Shown in pieces: positions 55,325 to 64,000 of a DNA stretch of 64,000 nucleotides. The notes beneath the pieces are model-generated. The model was not told the DNA's origin. It did no database searches and saw only the letters and a list, made by a program, of their open reading frames with translations. How positions within the stretch are numbered: the first letter of the stretch is position 1; every line of letters begins with the position of its first letter. This stretch comes from an uncultured Spirochaetota bacterium. GTDB taxonomy: Bacteria > Spirochaetota > Spirochaetia > SZUA-6 > Fen-1364. The translations under genes and the position numbers were made by a program. Location: contig CAWJSK010000012.1 in the NCBI GenBank assembly GCA_963845535.1, positions 448,001 through 512,000 on the forward strand, in the 5' to 3' direction.

Positions 55325-56707
55325 ATGCCGCTGCTCTCACGTTACCTTGCCCCCGACCTCATTCGGACCCTGCGCAGTCGGGCAAAAGACGGCGCCATCC
55401 GTGAGCTGTCAGCCGTGCTCGCGGCATCCATCGGGATGGCAAACGTGGACGCGGACACGGTGAACCGCGCGGTGCTGCAGCGGGAAAGAATGGTGAGCTC
55501 GTGGATTGCCCCGGGGATCGCCATCCCGCACGCTCGGCTCCCGGATTGGGACGGGATTGCCCTTGCGGTGGGCAGAAGCCGCAAAGGGGTCGCGTGGGAT
55601 TCGAGCGACGGCAACCCCGTCAACTTGATCTTCGTGATCGTGAGCGGGGAGAAAGACCCCGACCAGCATGTCATGCTCCTGGCCGAAATAGCGCGCACGC
55701 TTCGCGACCGGGCCTTGACCCAGCTCATCCTCACCGCGCGCACGCCCGAAGAAACTTTCCGCCTGCTCATTTCCCACGGGCGCGTCGAGGAGGCCGGCAA
55801 GACCGCGTCAACGCCGAAGCTTCGGCTTTCGCGGCTCCTGTTCGCCCATGCGCTGTCCGTTGCGGAGGAAGTAAAGGCGCGCGCCATCCTTCTCCACGGG
55901 GACGCGGTGGGCAACTTGAAGTTCATCGAGGACATCCCCTCCGCCGTCGAGCTGATCCTCGTAACCTCCACGAAGACCGAGTTCCTGCTGGACGTCGTGA
56001 AAGTCTCCCACGTCCTGCAGGTCCCGTTCCCCACTCTCGACAGGTCCGACCAGGTGGAGCTTGCCCTGTTGTTCGCGGTTTCCCGGGGGCTCCTGGCTCG
56101 CGGGGACTCCGTCATAAGCCTCTCCGGCGTTCCCAACTCAGGAGCCCTCGACACGCTGCTCGTGATCGACCTGGGGAGGGAGTTTCCGACCATGCTGTCC
56201 CGTCCCTCGGACACGCCGCTGGGGGACGTGGAGCCGCAGGTGCTTGAGAAAGTGCTGCAGATCGCCACCGACATCTCCCGCGAAGGCCGAGAAGGCCGAC
56301 CCGTTGGCACCGCGTTCGTGATCGGCGATTATCCGCGGGTCCTCCAGTACTCCCGGCAGATGGTGATCAATCCGTTTCACGGGTATCGCGAAGAGGAAAA
56401 GAACATCCTGGACCCGAGCCTGGAGGAAACGATCAAGGAGTTCTCCACCATTGACGGCGCATTCATCATCCGGGGGGACGGTGTCATCATGTCCGCCGGC
56501 ACGTTCCTTCGTCCTGAGAAAAGCCCGGTGAACCTCCCGTCGGGTCTGGGGGCGCGTCACGCCGCCGCGGCCGCCTTGAGCGCCTTCACGGCAAGCGTTT
56601 CCGTGGTAGTATCCCAGTCCACCGGAAGCGTGACGTTGTTCAAGGGCGGCGGGCTCGTCATGAGCATGGAAAAGCCCGGGCCGCCGGAGGTCCCCAAACA
56701 ATATTGA
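55325..56707 (+). CDS. PTS-EIIA-fused diadenylate cyclase (DacZ/CdaZ-like)
   Basis: EIIA motif GIAIPHAR; DAC motifs EGREGRPVGTAFVIGD, NPFHGY, IKEFSTIDGAF and GLGARHAAAA. Confidence 0.88.
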   Translation: MPLLSRYLAPDLIRTLRSRAKDGAIRELSAVLAASIGMANVDADTVNRAVLQRERMVSSWIAPGIAIPHARLPDWDGIALAVGRSRKGVAWDSSDGNPVNLIFVIVSGEKDPDQHVMLLAEIARTLRDRALTQLILTARTPEETFRLLISHGRVEEAGKTASTPKLRLSRLLFAHALSVAEEVKARAILLHGDAVGNLKFIEDIPSAVELILVTSTKTEFLLDVVKVSHVLQVPFPTLDRSDQVELALLFAVSRGLLARGDSVISLSGVPNSGALDTLLVIDLGREFPTMLSRPSDTPLGDVEPQVLEKVLQIATDISREGREGRPVGTAFVIGDYPRVLQYSRQMVINPFHGYREEEKNILDPSLEETIKEFSTIDGAFIIRGDGVIMSAGTFLRPEKSPVNLPSGLGARHAAAAALSAFTASVSVVVSQSTGSVTLFKGGGLVMSMEKPGPPEVPKQY

Positions 56708-56753
56708 CAGCTCAACCAGCCTCAGGGAGTACTTCCCCCGAAGAGCCCGCGCA

Positions 56754-57266
56754 ATGCTCGTAATCTTCAGGGGCCTTCCAGGAACCGGGAAAACCCATCT
56801 CGCGCGAAGCCTGCTGGAGCGCCGCCCCGACTTTCTTGTCCTGAGCAGGGATGCGCTTCGGACCGCCATCTTCGCCAATCCGACGTTTGGCGATGACGAG
56901 AAAGCTTTCGTCGACGACCTGATCGTCGCCATGGCCGGCTTCCTCCTTGCCCGCGACAGCTCGGTCCTCATCGACGGCATGGCCCTTTCCTCCGCGCGCC
57001 GCCTGGAAGAGTTCGCGGAGACCGCCGCCGCTCGCGGCAAATCGGCGCGGATCATCGAGTGTGTCTGCTCGGAGAAGACCGCGCTTTCCCGAATTACGGC
57101 GGACCAGGGCGGCCACCCCGCCGGAGACCGCGGCCCGGAGCTCTACCATCGCGTCCGTGAGCGTTACGAACCCACCGAGCTTCCGTTCCTCAGGATCGAC
57201 ACGGACGGGAATCCCCAGGAGAACCTCGACGCGGTCCTGGGCTACATCGAAAACCCGCCCGTCTGA
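56754..57266 (+). CDS. P-loop small-molecule/nucleotide kinase (AAA_33-like)
   Basis: GLPGTGKT, LSRDALR, VLIDG and IECVC. Confidence 0.8.
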   Translation: MLVIFRGLPGTGKTHLARSLLERRPDFLVLSRDALRTAIFANPTFGDDEKAFVDDLIVAMAGFLLARDSSVLIDGMALSSARRLEEFAETAAARGKSARIIECVCSEKTALSRITADQGGHPAGDRGPELYHRVRERYEPTELPFLRIDTDGNPQENLDAVLGYIENPPV

Positions 57267-57278
57267 CGGGCGTACCTC

Positions 57279-59725
57279 ATGGCGCGGGTCAAAGGCTACA
57301 TCGTTCATGCAAAGGAGCAGACAAGGTCCGGCCGCACGGAGATACACCTGTTCGGACGCCTCGAGGGCGGAGAGACATTTGCCGTGGTCGAGAGGCGATG
57401 GAAGCCCTTCTTCTTCGTGCGCGCGGAGGACGCGGGACGCGCCGGGGAAGTCTCGAAAACCGAAGGGCCGGGCGCCGAGATCCTGGAAGGCGACCGCCGC
57501 TCAATGGACGGCGCCTCCCTGGCAAGAGTCGAAATGCCCGGCCAGGGCGCTCTCCAGAGACTACGGGACGCCCTCCACCGCGCGGGGATCCGAACCTACG
57601 AAGCGGACGTGAAGCTGTCCACCCAGCTTCTGATGGAGCTGGGGGCTCACGGATCAATCTGCATCGATGCCGCGTGGCGCGAGGGGCGCCGCGTCGCGCG
57701 CATCTACGAGGACCCGACCCTTGCCGCATGCTCGTGGGAGCCTACACTGTCCGTTCTTTCGCTGGACATAGAAACCGACCGTCGCGCCCAGGCCGTTTAC
57801 GCCGTGTCGCTTGCGTTCTGGAACCCCGCCGCCGGAGAGGAAAGCTCGGAAGTGCTTTTCAACGCATCGGGCGGCGGGAAGCCGGATGATCCGTCCGTGC
57901 GGAGCTTCCCCAACGAGGCCGGGATGCTGGCCGGGCTTCGCGAGAGGATCATCGCGATGGACCCCGACGTGATCACCGGCTGGAACGTGGTGGACTTCGA
58001 CCTTCGGGTGCTCACGCGAAGGTTCACCGCGCTGGGCGTCCGCTTCGACATCGGCAGGTCAGATGACCAGGCGTCATTCCTGGACCGCGAAGACGGAGAC
58101 GGGATCATCGCGATGGAAGCGAAGCAAGGCGATAGTGCCCGGACGCCAGGTGCTTGACGCGTTGTGGCTGGTGCGTTTTGCCGGGCATGGGACTGGAGGA
58201 CTACAGGCTCGAGACGGTGGCCCAGAGCGTCCTGGGACGCGGGAAGAGGATCGAGGAAAGACCGGGAGAATCGAAAACCGCGGCGGTGGAGCGGCTTTAT
58301 CGGGAAGAGCCAACGGCCTTGTGCCTGTACTGCAGGGAGGACTCGCGGCTGGTCATCGACATCCTGAGAAAAGAAGGGCTCCTGCAGCTCGCGCTGGAGA
58401 AATCTCTTTTGATCGGGACTTCGCTGGAGCAAACCTCCATGAGCGTGGCGTCCTTCGAGTTCCTCTACATGGAGCATCTCCACAGGAGGGGCATCGTCGC
58501 ACCTACCCTTGGCGTGGATCAAGACACTCTGGATCGCGTTGCCGGCGGGGGGATCATCACTCCGCGCGCCGGGCTTTTCGAGAACGTCCTGGCGTTCGAC
58601 TTCAAGAGCCTCTACCCGTCGATCATCAGGACGTTCAACATCGACCCGCTGTCCCGGGTGACTGGCGCGCACGCCGGATCAGGGCTGATCACCGCTCCCA
58701 ACGGCGCGGCATTCCGCAGGGAACCGGGAATCCTGCCGGGCATCCTGGACAGGTTCTTTGAAAGCAGGGACCAGGCCAAGAGAGCCGGCAACACGAGGGC
58801 GACGTATGCCTATAAGATCGTCATGAACTCATTCTACGGAGTCTTGGGAACGCCGGGCTGCCGGTTTGCCGCCTCGGCTCTGGCGGGCGCAATCACGAGC
58901 CTCGGACAGCACATCCTGTACTGGACACGGGACCTCGTTTCCGCGCGCGGACTGGAAGTCATTTACGGAGACACGGATTCATTGTTCGTGCGGATGAACG
59001 CGCCGGAGCCTGGAGCCGCCCAGCAACTGCCGCAGCTCGGAGCGGAGCTTGCCCGGTTCGTGAATGAAAGCCTTGCGCGTCATGTGCGTGAAGACTACGG
59101 GGTGGAGTCCCGGCTCGAGCTCGAGTTCGAAGCGATCTACCGGAAGTTCTTCCTCCCGCCCATGCGCGGTCCGGCGGCTGGTGACGAGGGTGAAGAGGAA
59201 GGTGAGAGCCGGGGGAGGGCAAAAGGGTATGCGGGACTCCGCGCCCCGGCGGACGGAGCCGGAGAAGACACCCTTGAGATTGTGGGGCTGGAAGCCGTGC
59301 GCCATGACTGGACCCCCCTGGCCCAGGGCTTGCAGCGGGACCTCCTGGCGCTCGTCTTTCATGATGAACCGGTCACAACCGTTGACCAGCTCGTGCGCTC
59401 CGTCATCCGTGAGCTCCGCGCGGGCAGGCTGGACTCCGGGCTGGTGTACCGGAAGTCGCTTCGCAAGCCCGTTGAAGCGTACACGAAGTCGTCACCGCCG
59501 CACGCCCGCGCGGCGGCCCTGCTTCCCCCCGAGGAGCGGTCCGGCCTCATCCGCTACGTAATGACCACCGAGGGCCCGCAGCCCGAGTCGCGGCGCACCG
59601 CGCCGCCTGACTACGAGCACTATGTGCAGAAGCAGATCCGCCCCATCGTGGAATCACTGGCCCCTTTCATCGGACTTGCAACCGACAATCTCTTCGACGC
59701 CGGCGGCCAGTTGGGCTTGTTCTGA
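57279..59725 (+). CDS. polB: Family B DNA polymerase (DNA polymerase II); +1 insertions near 58101 and 58186
   Basis: Exonuclease motifs SLDIET and TGWNVVDFD; polymerase motifs DFKSLYPS, KIVMNSFYG and YGDTDS; bridging frame AIVPGRQVLDAL; C-terminal QLGLF clamp-binding-like motif. Confidence 0.92.
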
Positions 59726-59837
59726 GCGGCGCTCGCGCCAAAACTTCCATTCTCTAAGTCATTTTCCAGAAAGCAGATCGAACGCCTGACGGGAGCCTCA
59801 CGCCGCGCCATGGCGTGTGCTATAATCGCCAGACTCT

Positions 59838-60686
59838 TCATGAGCTTTGACCCTCGTTCCACTGCACTTTCATTCGCTTCCCGAGGACCTTGTTCATGAA
59901 GGTCACGGCGGGATGACCGACTCCCATCATCGCGAGTATTTTTTCGTGTTTCCCCAGACGAAGCCGCAGCCTGATGGCCTTGCTCCTGTTGAAGACCATC
60001 TGGTTGCCCACGAGATTCTGGCAGCCCAGACCTTTTACCTGAGCGAACAGCGTCATGTTGTAGAGCGCGTACTGGGCGCTCTCAAGTGAGAGAGGGACTC
60101 TCGCGTCCCCGATCACACAGAGCAAAGCGGCGGGCCTGCTCTTGAACGCCTTGCCCCGCTGCCTCCCTGCCTCGAGCTTCGGCCGCGCCCTGGCAAACTC
60201 CTCACGGTAGAGCTGGGGCGCAAGCGCAACCAGCTTCCGCATCAAAGGCGGCTGGAAGAAGCGCCGGTACACTCTCTGAGAGAACAGGAAAGCTTCCTTG
60301 TCGAACAGCTCGATGATATCAGCCCGGTCCACGACGATGCAGCGCAAATGAAAGTTGTGAGTCGGCGCATCAGCGCCGCAAGAAACGATCTCCTCGAGCG
60401 TGGTCCGATCCACTCCCTCTGGCGTGAAGTCCCTGATCGTGCGCCGTTCTTTCAGCAGCTCGTCCAGCGCGGCGGCCGACGGCAACGCGGCGTGGTCGTA
60501 CTCCTGCGGCTGGACGCCATCCCAGGAAAGCGCCTTGCGCGGACAGACGGCGATGCACTGCGTGCAGGTGCTGCATACGGCGTGGTCCACCGCCACCTTC
60601 CCGTTCATGAGAGACATGCAATGTTCGTGGCAGACATTCACGCACTGGCCGCAGCCGCTGCACGTCGCGTGATCTATGACGATCAT
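59838..60686 (-). CDS. Nitroreductase family protein with N-terminal 2x[4Fe-4S]
   Basis: CSGCGQCVNVC, CSTCTQCIAVCP, RRTIRDF and APT; start placed at ATG 60686. Confidence 0.88.
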   Translation of the reverse strand: MIVIDHATCSGCGQCVNVCHEHCMSLMNGKVAVDHAVCSTCTQCIAVCPRKALSWDGVQPQEYDHAALPSAAALDELLKERRTIRDFTPEGVDRTTLEEIVSCGADAPTHNFHLRCIVVDRADIIELFDKEAFLFSQRVYRRFFQPPLMRKLVALAPQLYREEFARARPKLEAGRQRGKAFKSRPAALLCVIGDARVPLSLESAQYALYNMTLFAQVKGLGCQNLVGNQMVFNRSKAIRLRLRLGKHEKILAMMGVGHPAVTFMNKVLGKRMKVQWNEGQSS

Positions 60687-60781
60687 CACCTCAAGGGTGG
60701 CACGGCACTTCGCAGGGGTCAACGAGCCTTGCGGTCGGGTTGCTCGATCCTACTGTATTTGCTATAGTACTCAGGAAGTCT

Positions 60782-61532
60782 ATGCTGAATACTGTAGCGA
60801 TCCTTGTCATCTTTGCCGCAACGCCGCTCGTCTTCATCATGCTGTATTTCATCACGGCCCCCTATGGGCGGCATTTCCGTAGTGGATGGGGTCCGTCCAT
60901 AGCTTCCCGGGCAAGCTGGTTTCTCATGGAGCTGCCCGCCATGGTTGTGATAGCAGGAGTCGTGCTTTTCGACGAACGGAGGGCAAGCCCGCTCGCCCTC
61001 GTCCTCCTGGGCTTGTGGGAAATGCACTACATCTATCAGAACCTGCCTCTTCCCCTTGCTCATGAAAGACACGGGAAAGCGCTTCCCGGTCCTCTTGATC
61101 CTTTTTGCAGGGGTGTTCAACTCTCTCAACGGGTATGCCAACGGTCACTTCCTTACAGGGTTCTCACTCCTTCCCAACAGCGGCATCATCCCGGCAGCGC
61201 GCGTGGGGCTGGGAATGGCGCTGTTCGTGGCCGGCTTCGTGACGCATGTGAGAGCGGATGCCGAGCTGCGCGGCTTGCGGGAGAACGGAGACGGCGGCTA
61301 CAAGATCCCCCGAGGGGGTTTGTTCGAATACGTCGCCAGCCCCAATTACTTCGGGGAGATCGTCGAATGGACGGGATGGGCGCTTGCAACGTGGTCCCTG
61401 CCCGGCCTGGCTTTCGCCCTTTTCACCGCGGCAAACCTCGTGCCGAGGGCGCACGCCAACCGTGTCTGGTACATGGACACTTTTCCGGACTATCCCCGCG
61501 AGCGCAAGCGCGTGATACCTTTCGTATACTGA
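60782..61532 (+). CDS. Steroid 5-alpha-reductase family membrane oxidoreductase; +1 insertion near 61037
   Basis: APYGRH, WFLMELP, HYIYR, NGYANG, YKIPRGGLFEYVASPNYFGEIVEW, ANLVPRA and FPDYPRERKRVIPF. Confidence 0.88.
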
Positions 61533-61536
61533 AAAC

Positions 61537-62166
61537 ATGAAAGAGATAATGTGCTTCGGGGACTCGAACACCTGGGGATATTCCCCGACAACAGGACAGA
61601 GGTATCCCGCCAACGTCCGTTGGACCGGAGTCCTCCAGGCGGAGCTCGGAAGCGACTATCACGTCATCGAGGAAGGGCTGAACGGGCGTACGACGGTATG
61701 GGAAGATCCGATCGAGGGTGACAAGGTCGGCAAGCGCCACCTCCCCGTCCTGCTCCAATCCCATGCCCCGCTCGACCTCGTTGTCGTGATGCTGGGAACG
61801 AATGACCTGAAGATGCGGTTCTCTGCTCATGCCTCTGACATCGCCGCGGGAGCGGGGTTGCTCGTGGACATCATCATGGCAAGCGGGGCGGGCAAAGACG
61901 GTGCCAGCCCCCTCAGTGCTCCTCATGGCTCCGCCGCCTCTTGCCAGGCTTTCCGCGTATCGAAGGCATGTTCGCCGGAGGCGCTGAAAAATCACTCGAG
62001 ATGGGGAGTGCACTTCCGGGAAGCGGCGCGCCTGCGCGGCTGCCATTTTCTTGACGCCGGGGAGATCATCCGCTCCAGCGACCTTGACGGAATACACCTC
62101 GAGGAAAAAGAGCATCTTGCCCTCGGGCGCGCCGTTGCGCAGGAAGTCAAGAAGATCATTCGCTGA
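61537..62166 (+). CDS. SGNH/GDSL hydrolase; three mutually compensating +1 insertions at about 61911-62005
   Basis: FGDSNTWG, EEGLNGRTT, MLGTND and DGIH; the expected VLLMAPPPLA and GMFAGGAEKS segments lie in shifted frames. Confidence 0.9.
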   Translation: MKEIMCFGDSNTWGYSPTTGQRYPANVRWTGVLQAELGSDYHVIEEGLNGRTTVWEDPIEGDKVGKRHLPVLLQSHAPLDLVVVMLGTNDLKMRFSAHASDIAAGAGLLVDIIMASGAGKDGASPLSAPHGSAASCQAFRVSKACSPEALKNHSRWGVHFREAARLRGCHFLDAGEIIRSSDLDGIHLEEKEHLALGRAVAQEVKKIIR

Positions 62167-62195
62167 CGTGCTCCGCGGATTCCCGGCGGGTCAGC

Positions 62196-63234
62196 TTACT
62201 CCGCCTCTGCCCTCAACCGCACAAGCTCCCGCGTGGAGAGCATCCCGCAGGCGGCGGATATGTCCAACCCGCGTGACTGGCGGATGGTGGTCAGGATGCC
62301 GCGACGCTTCAACTCCTGCTCGAAGCGCTCCATTGTTTCCCGCGGGCTGGGGATGAGCGGAGTTCCCGGGATGGGATGAAACGGGATGAGGTTGACCCTG
62401 CAGCGGATGCCGCTCAGGACCCTGGCAACCTCGCGGGCATGACGGTCACTGTCGTTGACGCCCTTGAACATGATGTACTCGAAGGAGACCCGCCGCTGCC
62501 TGCCCAGGGGATGGTCCCGCAGCACTGCCAGGACTTCCTTCAAGGGATACACGTTCTCCACGGGCATCAGCCTGCGCCGTTCCTCTTCGAAGGGGGTATG
62601 CATGCTCACCGCGAGGTGACAGCGGCTTCGCTCCAGGAACTCCTTCATCGCGGGAATGAGCCCGACCGTTGAGACCGTGACGCGCGACGGGCTGAGGCCG
62701 TATCCGTCAGGAGAGCAAAGCACTTCAAGGCTTTCCAGCACGTTCGACAAATTGTCCATAGGTTCACCCATGCCCATGTACACGACGTTGGTCACGGAAT
62801 CCCGCTCCGGCAGGCTGCGATACTGATTGAGGATCTCTCCCGCGGAGAGGTGGCCCTGAAACCCCTGTTTCCCCGTCATGCAGAAAAGGCAGCCCATCTT
62901 GCATCCGACCTGGACGGAAAGGCAGAGCGTTGCGCGTTTTCCTTCCGGGATCCAGGCCGCCTCCACAAAGCCGCCCTGCGCCGCCGGGAAGAGGTACTTT
63001 CGCGTTCCGTCCTTGGATTCCGTGGCTTTCACCGGGCCCGGAGTGTCGATGGAGTATCGATGGGAAAGCCATTCCCGCGCGTGGCGCGGCAGGTTGAGCA
63101 TCTCCGTGAAGCTCGCTGCGTTCTTGCGGTACAGCCAATCGCTGAGCTGCCGGGCGGCGTAGGGTGGGAGACCCGGCTTCTTCCGCCACGCGGCCAAGGC
63201 CCGTCATGGCGGCGCCGAAAAGGCTTTCAGCCAT
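62196..63234 (-). CDS. rlmN: 23S rRNA m2A2503 methyltransferase RlmN; +1 insertion near 63171
   Basis: SKDGTRKYL, CLSVQVGCKMGCLFCMTG, MGMGEP, VNLIPFH and SRGLDISAACG; N-terminus MAESLFG.. is in another frame. Confidence 0.93.
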
Positions 63235-63318
63235 CCCTTTCAACCCCTCGATATCTCGCCATTTGCATCACCCCCTCCACGAGAGTCATCCTCAGTATCA
63301 TCCCCCGTATCTTCCTCG

Positions 63319-63999
63319 TCAGAAGTAGATCTCCGAAATGACTTGCTCGAACGGCACTCCCCGCCCTATGAGAATGTCGCGGGCACCCACAACCATCCCG
63401 CTGCTTCCGCAGAGAAGGTATTTGCCCGCCGCAGGCAAGTCTGTGCTGGCCAGCCACGCGGTGGTCCTTCCGGGGAAGACCCCTTCCCCCGTCTCGGCAG
63501 AGCAGCATGGCACGTACCTTTCCCCCAGCACCGAGGCAAAGTACCCGCGCAGGTAGAGCCCTGCAAGTGTCCTGCTTCCATGGACCAAAGACTTGCCGGC
63601 CAGCATGCCGGATCGGGCCATGGAAGCAAAAGGAGCCACGCCCGTGCCCGCCGCAATCCAGACCGACGCGTCTTCATCATCGATAAACGATCCGAACGCC
63701 TCCGAGGCAAGAAGCTTGTCCCCCGGGCGAAGCCGGGCAAGCCGCGGCGTCAGCGTTCCTTCCGGCACAAGATCATAGAGGATTTCGATCACAGGGTCAT
63801 GTCGGCCGCTCGCAATGCTATAGTACCTCGCGGGGATGGAGAGGTCAGTGGTGAGCGCAAGTGTCTGTCCAGGAACGAAATCGTTCGTGCGCGGAAATGT
63901 GAGGCGATAAATTCCGGGGGCAATCTCTTCATTGCCTGAAGCCTCGGTCTCCGCGAGCCGCGTGTTTCCAATGGCAGGAAACGAATGTGAAGCCATCAC
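63319..63999 (-). CDS. FNR-like FAD/NAD(P)-binding oxidoreductase; start at the window edge is uncertain
   Basis: FVPGQ, RYYSIAS, GTLTPRL, IAAGTGVAPF, LLCGSSGMV and C-terminal EIYF. Confidence 0.85.
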   Translation of the reverse strand: MMASHSFPAIGNTRLAETEASGNEEIAPGIYRLTFPRTNDFVPGQTLALTTDLSIPARYYSIASGRHDPVIEILYDLVPEGTLTPRLARLRPGDKLLASEAFGSFIDDEDASVWIAAGTGVAPFASMARSGMLAGKSLVHGSRTLAGLYLRGYFASVLGERYVPCCSAETGEGVFPGRTTAWLASTDLPAAGKYLLCGSSGMVVGARDILIGRGVPFEQVISEIYF

Positions 64000-64000
64000 G

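Noticed and set aside
57279..59725. Family B polymerase as a sign of a prophage, casposon or pipolin
   Set aside because: Pol II-like with a clamp-binding-like tail, embedded among housekeeping genes; no integrase, cas1, terminal repeats or phage genes seen.

Overview
GC-rich bacterial chromosomal window with about 54 protein-coding genes. The gene content suggests an anaerobe, probably a free-living Spirochaetia, but this is inferred and not shown by a marker gene. I saw no rRNA, tRNA, CRISPR array, integrase or transposase. Main blocks: (1) Yge/Ygf-type reductive purine (urate) catabolism genes in separate islands: ygfM-xdhD-ygeW followed by a GAPOR-like oxidoreductase, an 8-oxoguanine-deaminase-like amidohydrolase, ygeY, ygfK-ssnA, and a pair of fold-type-II PLP enzymes. 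(2) A RhaSTPQ-like sugar ABC locus. (3) An apparent membrane-lipid neighbourhood at about 21-34 kb: a fused PlsA/Ger-like plasmalogen or ether-lipid reductase next to a compact cysteate synthase / cysteate acyltransferase / SDR operon. That operon matches the capnine sulfonolipid pathway (capABC) known from Bacteroidota. (4) A DtxR-boxed feoB operon. (5) Nucleotide second-messenger genes: a cNMP-GGDEF-DHH/DHHA1 triple fusion coupled to a cNMP-degenerate-GGDEF partner, and a PTS-EIIA-diadenylate cyclase upstream of a kinase and DNA polymerase II. (6) clpS-clpA-aat, rlmN and assorted redox enzymes. About a dozen single-base insertions break otherwise intact genes and look like sequencing errors. 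The best candidates for something new are the capABC-like operon outside Bacteroidota next to plsA, and the cNMP-GGDEF-DHH signalling pair.
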